A DNA stretch of 64,000 nucleotides from Lachnospiraceae bacterium (GCA_009774625.1 VSOB01000005.1:10061-74060), one strand, 5' to 3'. Positions 19,104 through 28,445 are shown, counted from the stretch's first letter. Notes: generated by a model from the sequence alone, not told the origin. A program made the numbers and translations.

Positions 19104-21272
19104 ATGGCTGAGGAATTTAGTACGGAAGGCATGCTTGACATGTATCTGTTTGAAAACGAACAGCTTCTGGAGCAGCTTCAGGAGATGGTTCTGGAACAGA
19201 AGGATGCGGAATGCTTTGACGAGGACAGCATCAATGAAATATTCAGAACCATGCATACCATCAAAGGCTCATCCGGTATCATGATGTTCGACAATATAAC
19301 GGCGATATCGCATAAGCTGGAGGATGTATTTTATTATTTGAGAGAATCTCATCCGGAAAATGTACCCCATGTGGATCTGGTGGCGCATGTACTGCGGGTG
19401 GAGGATTTTATCTCCAATGAGATGGAAAAGATCCGGGGAGGCGATTCGCCGGACGGAGATCCGGGAGAGATCATAGCGGATCTGGACCGTTTTCTGGAGC
19501 AGCTTAAAAGTGGCGGAGAAGAAAAGGGTGCGGAGCCGCCGCCGGAGAATGTCTATGTGGCGCCGAAACAGTTTTATATAGCGCCGGTTGCCACCAGTGC
19601 CAGCCGCTTTTACAAAATATATATTCACTTTTTCCCGGAAACAGAGATGGCAAATGTGCATGCTTACAAAGCGGTGTACGCTCTGAAGGAAGTGGCGGAA
19701 GATCTTTTGTATTCCCCGGAGGATATTATCTCGGATGCTGAAAGCGCTGCCGCTATTCTGAAGGATGGTTTCCGGATTCTGTTGCAGGCCCAGTGCAGTG
19801 AAGAAGAAGTGCGCAAGATTATCGGCGTGGGCTATGATATTGAAAAGGTGGATGTTTTTGAGTGCAGGGCAGAGGAGTTTCTGCAGGGCTTTGATTTCGG
19901 AGAAAACGATGATCTGTTGCAGATTGATCTGGACTCCAGTGTGGAGGACATCGAGGCGCGGATCGAGGATGCTTCTGCAGAAGAAAGTGTTCAGCCGGCA
20001 AAATCAAAACCCGCGAAGCCGGCCATAGCGCCTGGTGATTTTGTCATAAAATCCAGGGAACCCGGCAAACAGAAAAAGCTGGCTAAGGATAAGCCGAAAG
20101 GAGAGAAAGCCTCCTTTATCGGCGTGAATGTGAGCAAAATGGATCAGTTGATGGAGCTGATCGGAGAGCTGGTAATTTCGGAGTCGGTTGTACTACAGAA
20201 TCCGGATCTGAAGGTGCCGGGCTTAAACCTTGACAATTTTAACAAAGCAGCGGCACAGCTTTCCAAGATTTCCACAGATTTGCAGAATGTGATTATGTCC
20301 ATGCGCATGGTGCCGTTAACCAATACGTTCCAGAAGATGAACCGAATCGTATTTGACGTTTCCCGGAAGCTGGGCAAAGACATCGAATTTGTAATGGTGG
20401 GAGAACAGACCGAGGTAGATAAGAATATCATTGAGCATATTTCGGATCCGCTGATGCATCTGGTGAGAAATGCGGTGGACCATGGAATAGAAACCAATGA
20501 AGAGCGTATAGAAAGCGGCAAGCCGGATAAGGGTAAAGTGACGCTTTCTGCCAGGACAGAGGCCGGTAAGGTATGGATCAGTGTAGAGGACAACGGTCAG
20601 GGACTTGACAGAAATAAGATATTGGAAAAAGCCAGAAAGCAGGGACTGCTTGAGGAAGGCAAGCCGGACAGTTCTTACTCCGATAAGGAAGTGTATCAGT
20701 TTATTACTTATCCGGGCTTTTCCACCAATGAACAGATTACCGAGTATTCGGGCCGGGGCGTGGGTATGGATGTGGTGGTGCAGAACATACAGGCAATCGG
20801 CGGTACACTGGATATAGAAAGTACGCCGGGCTTTGGCAGCATTATGAGCCTGAAGATTCCGCTGACCCTTGCCATTATCGACGGCATTGTGATGGAAACC
20901 GGAAACTCCTCCTTTGTGATGGAAACAGGTATGATCAAGGAGTTTGTCCGTGTAAAGGAAGATATGATGATTCATGAACCTGACGGAGAGGAATACATCA
21001 TGATACGCGGCGAATGTTACCCGGTATTGCGTCTGGGCAGATGGTACGGCCTGACACAGTATCAGGAGTCCGTAGAGGACGGGGTTATGCTGATTCTGGA
21101 GGTAGAGGATAAGAGGGTATGTCTGTTGGTGGATAAACTGATTGGAGAACAGGAGATCGTAGTCAAACCGATTCCCTCTTATATCAAAAAGGTCAAAGGT
21201 CTGTCCGGCTGTACGCAGCTTGGCGACGGCAGTATCGCGCTGATTTTGGATGCAGGCGGGCTGATCGAATAA
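19104..21272 (+). CDS. cheA: chemotaxis histidine kinase CheA
   Basis: P1 Hpt (FRTMHTIKGSSG), a dimerisation segment, HATPase (HLVRNAVDHGIE, DNGQGLD, GRGVGMDVV) and a C-terminal CheW-like P5 domain. Confidence 0.93.
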   Translation: MAEEFSTEGMLDMYLFENEQLLEQLQEMVLEQKDAECFDEDSINEIFRTMHTIKGSSGIMMFDNITAISHKLEDVFYYLRESHPENVPHVDLVAHVLRVEDFISNEMEKIRGGDSPDGDPGEIIADLDRFLEQLKSGGEEKGAEPPPENVYVAPKQFYIAPVATSASRFYKIYIHFFPETEMANVHAYKAVYALKEVAEDLLYSPEDIISDAESAAAILKDGFRILLQAQCSEEEVRKIIGVGYDIEKVDVFECRAEEFLQGFDFGENDDLLQIDLDSSVEDIEARIEDASAEESVQPAKSKPAKPAIAPGDFVIKSREPGKQKKLAKDKPKGEKASFIGVNVSKMDQLMELIGELVISESVVLQNPDLKVPGLNLDNFNKAAAQLSKISTDLQNVIMSMRMVPLTNTFQKMNRIVFDVSRKLGKDIEFVMVGEQTEVDKNIIEHISDPLMHLVRNAVDHGIETNEERIESGKPDKGKVTLSARTEAGKVWISVEDNGQGLDRNKILEKARKQGLLEEGKPDSSYSDKEVYQFITYPGFSTNEQITEYSGRGVGMDVVVQNIQAIGGTLDIESTPGFGSIMSLKIPLTLAIIDGIVMETGNSSFVMETGMIKEFVRVKEDMMIHEPDGEEYIMIRGECYPVLRLGRWYGLTQYQESVEDGVMLILEVEDKRVCLLVDKLIGEQEIVVKPIPSYIKKVKGLSGCTQLGDGSIALILDAGGLIE

Positions 21273-21297
21273 AATAGCAGAAAGGAACAGGAAACAT

Positions 21298-21834
21298 ATG
21301 AGTGAAATGAGCGAATTGAAGAGACAGGAAGAGGCCGCTTCAAATGAGCATGATACGCAAAAGGGTAAGTATATGACCTTTAAATCCGGAAACGAGTATT
21401 TCGGGCTGGAGATTCAGTATGTCAATGAGATCATTCAGTTTCAGACGATTACGGCCATACCGGAGACAGAGGATTATATCAAGGGCCTGATCAACCTGAG
21501 AGGAAAGGTGATCCCGGTAGTGGATGTACGCCTGCGTTTCAAACAGGAACCCTTTGAGTACAATGACAGGACCTGTATTATTGTAATCAATGTGAAATCC
21601 ATGATGGTGGGGCTGATTGTGGAGAAAATTGCCGAAGTGGTGGAAATCAAGGAAGAGAACATACTGCCTCCGCCCAACATTGGCCGCGCCGATAAATCCC
21701 ATCACAAATATGTGTATGGAATCGGTAAGGTTGGCAATGCGGTGAAACTTTTGCTGGATCCGGATAAGTTGCTGAATGATGATGACCTGTCGGTTATGGA
21801 ACAGGCCAATGATATGATATTAGAAGAAGAATGA
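21298..21834 (+). CDS. cheW: chemotaxis coupling protein CheW
   Basis: A single CheW-like domain ([35 protein letters not shown]) with a ~25-aa N-terminal extension. Confidence 0.88.
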   Translation: MSEMSELKRQEEAASNEHDTQKGKYMTFKSGNEYFGLEIQYVNEIIQFQTITAIPETEDYIKGLINLRGKVIPVVDVRLRFKQEPFEYNDRTCIIVINVKSMMVGLIVEKIAEVVEIKEENILPPPNIGRADKSHHKYVYGIGKVGNAVKLLLDPDKLLNDDDLSVMEQANDMILEEE

Positions 21835-21847
21835 GGGGGAGAAACAC

Positions 21848-23206
21848 ATGAAAAACTTGAAAATGAAAACAAAATTAATTTTGGGCTTTCTGGTGCCGAT
21901 TGCGATCACCGTGATCAATATCCTGATCAGTAATCTGACCACCAAATGGGCCGCTTCTATTAAAGATCATACAGAACGGGATATCTTTACCAACGTTGCC
22001 GCAGTTGCAACAATTGTTTTTGCCGCCATTTCTGTATTGGTTACCATATTGATCGCACTGGCACTGATTAAAACCATTGAAAAGTCGGTGAAGCAGCTTT
22101 CTGATGCCGCAAAAGAAATCGCTATGGGCCGCGTGGATATTAACCTGGTTAAGTACAATAACGACGAATTTGGCGAACTGGTGGATGAATACAACAATGT
22201 GATTGAAAATATCAAGTATCAGGCCGAGATCGCAGAGGCGGTATCCAACGGGAACCTGACAGTACAGGTAAATCCCAAATCTTCGGATGACCTGCTGGGC
22301 AATTCGTTAAAGAAACTGGTGGAAGATAACTTAAATGCGCTGACCAATATCAGCGACGCAGGATCTCAGGTAACGGTCAGCTCCTCTCAGGTGGCAAGTG
22401 CAAGCCAGGCGCTGGCACAGGGTTCCACACAGCAGGCAAGTGCCATTGAAGAGATTACAGCATCCATTGACGAGATTGCAGAAAAGACAAAACAGAACGC
22501 AGAAGAAGCCAACCAGGCCGCCGGACTGGTGGCACAGGCTATTTCGGATGTACAGCAGGGGAATGGCCAGATGCAGAATATGATGGTGGCAATGCAGAGC
22601 ATCAACAAATCATCAGAAAGCATTTCCAAGATTATCAAAGTGATTGATGATATTGCATTCCAGACCAACATTCTGGCGCTGAATGCAGCAGTGGAAGCTG
22701 CAAGGGCAGGGGAAGCCGGAAAAGGGTTTGCGGTAGTGGCAGAGGAAGTCAGAAGTCTGGCAGCAAAGAGCGCTTCTGCAGCAGCAGAGACGGCGGAGCT
22801 GATTGAGGATTCCATTGAGAAGGTCAACGCAGGCACCAAGATTGCGGATGAAACCGTAAAATCTATGGAAGCGATTACAAAGAGAGTACAGGACAGCGAA
22901 ATGATTATCAATGGCATCGCAGAATCTTCCAATTATCAGGCGACTGCGGTGGCACAGATTGAGCAGGCGATCACGCAGGTATCCCAGGTAGTACAGACCA
23001 ATTCCGCTACCAGCCAGCAGTGTGCGGCAGCCAGTGAAGAACTGTCCAATCAGGCGTCCAGAATGCGTGAAATGCTTGCCATCTATAATCTGGGAGCAGG
23101 CAATTCCTATTCTTCCTCTCTTAAGAGTGATTCCTATTCCTACTCTTCAGCATCCAATGTAAATGAACAGGTGATATCTCTGGGAGATGATTTTGGAAAA
23201 TACTGA
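21848..23206 (+). CDS. methyl-accepting chemotaxis protein with a minimal extracytoplasmic loop
   Basis: Two TM helices separated by only ~25 aa, HAMP, and the conserved signalling hairpin ([37 protein letters not shown]). A Ser-rich tail ends in DDFGKY. Confidence 0.92.
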   Translation: MKNLKMKTKLILGFLVPIAITVINILISNLTTKWAASIKDHTERDIFTNVAAVATIVFAAISVLVTILIALALIKTIEKSVKQLSDAAKEIAMGRVDINLVKYNNDEFGELVDEYNNVIENIKYQAEIAEAVSNGNLTVQVNPKSSDDLLGNSLKKLVEDNLNALTNISDAGSQVTVSSSQVASASQALAQGSTQQASAIEEITASIDEIAEKTKQNAEEANQAAGLVAQAISDVQQGNGQMQNMMVAMQSINKSSESISKIIKVIDDIAFQTNILALNAAVEAARAGEAGKGFAVVAEEVRSLAAKSASAAAETAELIEDSIEKVNAGTKIADETVKSMEAITKRVQDSEMIINGIAESSNYQATAVAQIEQAITQVSQVVQTNSATSQQCAAASEELSNQASRMREMLAIYNLGAGNSYSSSLKSDSYSYSSASNVNEQVISLGDDFGKY

Positions 23207-23220
23207 AGCAGATAAATCAT

Positions 23221-23250
23221 GACACAGGGACGAAAGCCCTGTGTCTTTTA
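23221..23250 (+). terminator. intrinsic terminator after the MCP gene
   Basis: GACACAGGG (23221-23229) and CCCTGTGTC (23237-23245) form a perfect 9-bp stem with a 7-nt loop, followed by TTTTA. Confidence 0.7.
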
Positions 23251-23323
23251 TGTGTATATGCAGGGAAGTTTTGGAAATTTTTCCTGTATGATAGCAAGAA
23301 AGGAAAAAGGAGAGTGATTGCAA

Positions 23324-23677
23324 ATGGCTTTATTTGAGGAATTAAAAGCTCTGGGTGTGGATGTAGACGGAGGGCTGAAACGGATCAATAACAATGAGAA
23401 ACTTTATACAAGACTGCTGGGTTCTTTTGTCAAGTCGATTGAATCTCAGTATGTGCAGCCGGATTTTGATGCTGCCGAGTGCGAAGGGGCAATTGAAAAG
23501 GCCCATGCTATCAAGGGAACGGCAGGTAATCTGTCTATTACGCCGGTATATGAAGCCTACACCGAAGTGGTGAATCTGCTCCGGAAAGGACAGATCGAAG
23601 AGGCCAGACCGATTCTGACCAGGATACTTCCCATCCAGAATGAGATTGCCGCCTGCATCAAAAGTCATATGGCATAA
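23324..23677 (+). CDS. stand-alone Hpt phosphotransfer protein
   Basis: 117 aa, helical, with the Hpt signature EKAHAIKGTAGNLSI. ATG 23324 follows AAAGGAGAG. Confidence 0.75.
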   Translation: MALFEELKALGVDVDGGLKRINNNEKLYTRLLGSFVKSIESQYVQPDFDAAECEGAIEKAHAIKGTAGNLSITPVYEAYTEVVNLLRKGQIEEARPILTRILPIQNEIAACIKSHMA

Positions 23678-23714
23678 AGTTACTGCATAATGCTGACACA
23701 TTGGAGCGAAAAGA

Positions 23715-26255
23715 ATGAATAAAAGGATAAACAATTTTTTCAGGAGCAGTGTTGTGGCTGTTGTGGCTGTGTGTGTGGTAGTATTTATTTTTCTGACTTC
23801 TTTTATGACCCATCAGACCAAGCGGACGGTTATGGAAATCAGCGACAAATACATGGCTGAGATGAGCAGACAGATTAAACAGAAGTTTGAGGCGATTATT
23901 ATGCTGCGGCTGAGTCAGGTGGAAGGCATGATAATGCGTACTCCTCCGGAAGAGGCAGAATATGGCGCCGAAATGCTGGAAGAGTTGATGATGAGTGCCG
24001 AGATCCGGAACTTTTCCTGGCTGGGACTGTATGACAGGGACGGCAAGATCGAAAAGATTTATGGTGAGGAGATTGAGATCGTCAATGACGGAGATATGCT
24101 GAGTTCCCTTGAAGAGGATGGTATGCTGGTAGAAGAGGGAAAAACTTCTGAAGGAGAAAAACTGCTACTTCTGGGAGCAAAGGCGGCTTATCCTATGGGG
24201 AACGGCAACACCAGTGCGGCGCTGGTTGCCGGACTTCCGATGGATTATCTGGGTATGGTACTGTTTCTGAATGAAAATGATGCGATGGTGTATTCGCATA
24301 TCATAGACGGCGAAGGGAATTTTGTAGTCCGGAGTGCGGATGCGTTCCGGGAGAACTATTTTACCCGGATGCGGGAACAGTTTGAGGTGTTCGAAGGCAA
24401 AGAAGCAGAGGAATATGTCAGTGAGTTGCAGGAGGCTATATCGAACCGCAGTGTGTATTCTACAATGGTTTCCATGGAGGGAGAGCAGTTGCATCTGTAT
24501 TGTCTGCCACTTTCGGAAAACACTTCCTGGTATCTGATCTCTGCCCTGCCCAACGGATATATGGAAGAGTCTGTTTCCAGGCTGGACAGCATGCGTACCC
24601 TGGTGATGGTATGTTCTGTGGGAATGATCCTGCTGGTGATGTCGGTGATTTTTGTGATCTATTACCGGCTGTCCAAACAGCAGATCAGAGATCTGGACCA
24701 GGCTATGGGAGAAGCAGTGCATGCCAATATGGCTAAGAGTGAATTTCTCTCCAGTATGAGTCATGATATCCGGTCTCCGATGAATGCTATTATCGGTATG
24801 ACGGAGATTGCCCAGAGAAATATTGACGATAAAGCCAGGGTGAAGGACTGTCTGCACAAAGTGTCGCTGTCCAGCAAGCATCTGCTGGGGCTGATCAACG
24901 ATGTGCTGGATATGTCCAAGATTGAAAGCGGAAAGATGACCCTGAATGAGGTGCCCATGTCTCTCAGGGAAGTGATGGATGATATTGTCAACATCATACT
25001 GCCTCAGGTCAAAGCCAGGGCACAGCAGTTTGATATTTATATTCAGAAAATCATGACGGAGAATGTATACTGCGATACTGTGCGTCTGAATCAGGTACTG
25101 ATCAATCTGCTTACCAATGCGGTCAAGTTTACGCCGGAAGGCGGCCGGGTGGATGTGCATGTATTCCAGGAAGCCTCTCCTTTAGGGGAGGAATATATCC
25201 GAAACCATTTTGAGGTGGAGGATACGGGTATCGGTATGTCGGAGGACTTTCAGAAAAAGATATGGGATACCTTTTCCAGAGAAGAAACTGATGAGGTGCG
25301 GCATATTGTGGGAGCCGGCCTGGGTACTTCCATTACGAAAAAAATCATTGAACTGATGGGCGGCAACATTGAACTGAAAAGTAAACTCGGAAAGGGCAGC
25401 ACCTTCCATGTGACGCTTGACCTGAGAAAAGCGGATGCCAGCGAAATGGAGATGAGACTGCCCGAATGGAATATTCTGGTGGTGGATGATAATGAATGGC
25501 TGTGCCTGAGTGCGGTTTCTAATCTGGAGGAACTGGGAGTTCATGCGGAGTGGACGCTGGATGGCCGGGATGCCGTCAGGATAATTGAAGAGCGCCATAA
25601 CAAAGGAGAGGACTACCGGTTTGTGCTGGTAGACTGGAAGATGCCCAATATGGACGGCATTGAAACCATCCGGGAAATCCGTAAACGGGTGGGCAGAAGT
25701 GTTTCTATTTTCCTGATTTCGGCCTATGACTGGAATGAACTGGGAGAGGATGTGGCGCCGGAGATCGAAGGCTTTATTTCCAAACCGCTCTTTAAATCCA
25801 CATTGTACGAGTGGCTGAAGCAGTATACGGAAGGATATGATGCACAGTCGGAGGAAAAAGAGGAGGAGGTGGACTTCACAGGGAAGCACATTCTTCTGGC
25901 AGAAGATATGGACATTAACTGGGAAGTGGCTTATGAGATCCTTTCCATTACCGGAATGGTGCTGGATCGGGCCGAAAACGGACAGATCTGCGTGGATATG
26001 TTCCAGAAGTCCGAGGTGGGCTACTATGATGCCATTTTGATGGATCTGCGTATGCCTGTAATGAACGGATACGACGCCACAAAGGCGATCCGCGCACTGG
26101 GGCGTCCGGATAATAATCTGCCGATCATAGCGATGACCGCAGATGCCTTTTCGGACGATGCAGAGCATTGTCTGCAGTGTGGCATGAATGCCCACATTCC
26201 CAAGCCGCTGGACATCGGTGAATGCATGAGGGTACTGCAGAAGTTCCTGGGCTGA
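23715..26255 (+). CDS. hybrid sensor histidine kinase (large extracytoplasmic sensor, HisKA, HATPase, two REC domains)
   Basis: TM1, a ~260-aa extracytoplasmic Cache-like region and TM2. H-box SHDIRSPMNAI, HATPase (LTNAVKFTP, DTGIGM, GAGLGT). Then two receivers (ILVVDD...VDWKMPNMDG and ILLAEDM...MDLRMPVMNG...KP). Confidence 0.9.
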   Translation: MNKRINNFFRSSVVAVVAVCVVVFIFLTSFMTHQTKRTVMEISDKYMAEMSRQIKQKFEAIIMLRLSQVEGMIMRTPPEEAEYGAEMLEELMMSAEIRNFSWLGLYDRDGKIEKIYGEEIEIVNDGDMLSSLEEDGMLVEEGKTSEGEKLLLLGAKAAYPMGNGNTSAALVAGLPMDYLGMVLFLNENDAMVYSHIIDGEGNFVVRSADAFRENYFTRMREQFEVFEGKEAEEYVSELQEAISNRSVYSTMVSMEGEQLHLYCLPLSENTSWYLISALPNGYMEESVSRLDSMRTLVMVCSVGMILLVMSVIFVIYYRLSKQQIRDLDQAMGEAVHANMAKSEFLSSMSHDIRSPMNAIIGMTEIAQRNIDDKARVKDCLHKVSLSSKHLLGLINDVLDMSKIESGKMTLNEVPMSLREVMDDIVNIILPQVKARAQQFDIYIQKIMTENVYCDTVRLNQVLINLLTNAVKFTPEGGRVDVHVFQEASPLGEEYIRNHFEVEDTGIGMSEDFQKKIWDTFSREETDEVRHIVGAGLGTSITKKIIELMGGNIELKSKLGKGSTFHVTLDLRKADASEMEMRLPEWNILVVDDNEWLCLSAVSNLEELGVHAEWTLDGRDAVRIIEERHNKGEDYRFVLVDWKMPNMDGIETIREIRKRVGRSVSIFLISAYDWNELGEDVAPEIEGFISKPLFKSTLYEWLKQYTEGYDAQSEEKEEEVDFTGKHILLAEDMDINWEVAYEILSITGMVLDRAENGQICVDMFQKSEVGYYDAILMDLRMPVMNGYDATKAIRALGRPDNNLPIIAMTADAFSDDAEHCLQCGMNAHIPKPLDIGECMRVLQKFLG

Positions 26256-26276
26256 TCCGGGAGATTCTGGGAAGTC

Positions 26277-26305
26277 TTGCTTTTATGACAGACCGGTGGT
26301 ATACT
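26277..26305 (+). promoter_or_regulatory. sigma-A-like promoter hexamers upstream of the stator-like pair
   Basis: TTGCTT (26277-26282), exactly 17 nt, TATACT (26300-26305). This architecture matches the element at 28417-28445. Confidence 0.35.
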
Positions 26306-26327
26306 GAAACAGAATCAAGGGAAGAAC

Positions 26328-26360
26328 GAAAAAGAGTGGAATGCGTTCCACTCTTTTTTC
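26328..26360 (+). terminator. strong hairpin with U-tract (terminator of the hybrid-kinase operon and/or leader attenuator of the stator pair)
   Basis: GAAAAAGAGTGGAA / TGCG loop / TTCCACTCTTTTTTC, about 13 bp. The ATG 26341 in the ORF track lies inside the loop region, so it is unlikely to be a real start. Confidence 0.65.
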
Positions 26361-26376
26361 TAAAGAGGAGGTTTTT

Positions 26377-27507
26377 ATGAGAAACAAATGGTATATTCTG
26401 TTGATTGTAGTTTATATTCTGACCTTTGGCTTTATCCTGGATATCAATGGGGTGTTTGCCGGGGAAGTGGTGCTGACAGCCAATCTGGTGATCAATGTGT
26501 CCTTTCTGGCCATTATCGGTATTCTGTTTCTGTTTTCCATCATCAGCTTTATCCGGCTGAATTCCCTGACAGGTGCGATGGCGAGGGCGGCAGGTGAGAT
26601 GGAGCGGCAGTTTGAGCCGGACCGGAAAAATCTCTGGCCGGATTACCGGAAGAAACCGGAGCCTTTTTCCAATACTACCTTAAACCGCAGGTTTGCCATG
26701 TATCAGAAGCATGTGAGTGTACATACGGATAAAAAAGGGAATGTGACAGACGCCTGTCCGGTGGAAACCTACATAAATGAAGCGCTGGTGAATCAGGTGG
26801 GCAGGACTTGGTTCAACACGAATATTTCCGGCGCTATGACAGGACTGGGCATCCTGGGAACTTTTCTGGGCCTGTCGCTGGGGCTGAGTTCCTTTTCGGG
26901 CAATGATATTTTTACGATATCCGAAAATATCGCACCGCTGCTGGATGGTATGAAAGTGGCTTTCCATACATCCGTGTATGGTATTTTCTTTTCTCTGATC
27001 TTTTCTTTTGTATACCGGAGTCTGATGTCCGATGCCTATGATAAGCTGGACCGGTTTTTGGATGCGTTTCATGAGTATGTGCAGCCCAAAGTTCACACCA
27101 GACAGGAGGCACTTGGCAGTATGCTGTTGTATCAGGCAAATATGGCGGGTTCTCTTCGGAAGATACAGGAGCTTTTGCAGGGCAACGCACAGGCGCAGCT
27201 TGAAGGAGTGGAGCAGATCGTCCGTCAGTTTATGACATGTATGTCGGAAACTATGGGGACAGAGCTGGGAAAGCTGGGCAGGAGCCTGGAGCAGTCCTGT
27301 GAAGCACAGGGAAACTGCGGGGAAGAGCTGCGGCAGTTAACAGAAAGGATGCAGAAGATGCTGGAGTCCTGTAATACACTGAATGAGGTACTGGCGCATA
27401 CAGTGGACCGACAGAAAAAAGTGGAGGACACGCTCTCTGATACATGCGAAAGAATCGGCAATGAGCTGTATGCACTGGGACAGATGAGGGATATGTATGA
27501 GAAATAA
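26377..27507 (+). CDS. MotA/TolQ/ExbB-family ion-channel protein with a C-terminal coiled-coil tail
   Basis: 376 aa from ATG 26377 (RBS AAAGAGGAGG). Two N-terminal TM helices and a ~100-aa loop, then family-signature helices ISGAMTGLGILGTFLGLSLGL and MKVAFHTSVYGIFFSLIFSFVY, then ~140 aa of heptad-like sequence. Confidence 0.75.
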   Translation: MRNKWYILLIVVYILTFGFILDINGVFAGEVVLTANLVINVSFLAIIGILFLFSIISFIRLNSLTGAMARAAGEMERQFEPDRKNLWPDYRKKPEPFSNTTLNRRFAMYQKHVSVHTDKKGNVTDACPVETYINEALVNQVGRTWFNTNISGAMTGLGILGTFLGLSLGLSSFSGNDIFTISENIAPLLDGMKVAFHTSVYGIFFSLIFSFVYRSLMSDAYDKLDRFLDAFHEYVQPKVHTRQEALGSMLLYQANMAGSLRKIQELLQGNAQAQLEGVEQIVRQFMTCMSETMGTELGKLGRSLEQSCEAQGNCGEELRQLTERMQKMLESCNTLNEVLAHTVDRQKKVEDTLSDTCERIGNELYALGQMRDMYEK

Positions 27508-28393
27508 AAGAAAAGAGATATTTGAAGAGCCAGGTTACTGGCAGTCTTATTCGGATATGATGGCGGCGCTTTTGCTGATCTTTATTCTGCTGATTGCCAT
27601 TACCCTTTTTGTCTACAAACAGAAACGGACAGATCTGGAGGCGGCCCAGTTACAGTTGGATACGACACGGCAGGAACTGGAGGCATCAGAGCTGGAGCTT
27701 TTGAATTCCATGAAGGAACTGGAGGAGGCCTATGCAAAGGCCACTATGACAGAGGATGAGCTGGCAGCGGCCTACCAGCGGATTGATGAGGCACAGGCGG
27801 AGCTGGATTCCACCAGAAGTGAGCTGCGGGATATCGTGGGCATCCGGACGGATATCATCGGAGAGCTGCAGAAGCGGTTCGATAATTCATCCATGAAGGT
27901 GGATGCCCAGACAGGGACCATTACCTTTTCTTCGGATGTGCTGTTCCGTTATAACAGTGCCAGACTGACGCCGGAGAGCAAGGCCACATTACAGGAAATC
28001 ATCCCCATGTATCTGGGAGTTCTGCTGCAGGATACATTCCGTCCTTATATTTCGGAAATCATTATCGAAGGCCATACGGATACGGACGGAGATTATCAGA
28101 GCAATATGGTGCTGTCCACCAACCGGGCGGATTCGGTGGCCCAGTTCTGTCTGGATGCGGAAAACGGTCTGACAGAGGAACAGATCGGGCAGCTCCAGGA
28201 GATGCTGACCGTGAACGGACGCTCCTACAGTGTACCCATCTATGAAGCAGGTACCGGTGAGGTGAATATGGCGGCTTCCCGCCGGGTGGAAATCAAGTTC
28301 CGCCTGAAGGAAGAGGAGATGATCGAAAAGATTACGGAGATTCTGGAACAGGACGGAGAGGAGGCGCAGTCCGGACAGGAAGCGTCGGAATAA
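27497..28393 (+). CDS. MotB/OmpA-family protein (TM with conserved Asp, coiled coil, peptidoglycan-binding OmpA-like domain)
   Basis: Overlaps the upstream gene by 11 nt. YSDMMAALLLIFILL places an Asp (GAT 27554-27556) at the TM entrance, as in MotB. A ~80-aa coiled coil follows. OmpA-like motifs IIIEGHTDTDGDYQSNMVLSTNRADSVAQF and SRRVEIKF. Confidence 0.8.
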   Translation: MRNKRKEIFEEPGYWQSYSDMMAALLLIFILLIAITLFVYKQKRTDLEAAQLQLDTTRQELEASELELLNSMKELEEAYAKATMTEDELAAAYQRIDEAQAELDSTRSELRDIVGIRTDIIGELQKRFDNSSMKVDAQTGTITFSSDVLFRYNSARLTPESKATLQEIIPMYLGVLLQDTFRPYISEIIIEGHTDTDGDYQSNMVLSTNRADSVAQFCLDAENGLTEEQIGQLQEMLTVNGRSYSVPIYEAGTGEVNMAASRRVEIKFRLKEEEMIEKITEILEQDGEEAQSGQEASE

Positions 28394-28416
28394 CGTCATA
28401 ATTTTTCCAAAAATGC

Positions 28417-28445
28417 TTGCAAATACTGGATAAAAGTGCTATACT
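28417..28445 (+). promoter_or_regulatory. candidate sigma-A promoter of the rimP-nusA-infB operon
   Basis: TTGCAA (28417-28422), 17 nt, TATACT (28440-28445). Confidence 0.5.

Noticed and set aside
26341-26376. The track start ATG 26341 for the MotA-like ORF, and similar N-terminal extensions at 856, 1583, 6821, 14203, 23318, 30253, 30926, 36024, 37041, 45784, 48112, 55120 and 62896
   Set aside because: The extended starts fall inside hairpins or upstream genes and lack an RBS. Internal ATGs with good Shine-Dalgarno spacing give canonical N-termini.
26377-28393. Calling the MotA/MotB-like pair a Zorya anti-phage system
   Set aside because: Zorya requires additional effector genes (ZorC/D, ZorE, ZorF/G) directly downstream, and ZorA has a much longer tail. 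Here the next gene is rimP and no nuclease, helicase or similar partner is present.
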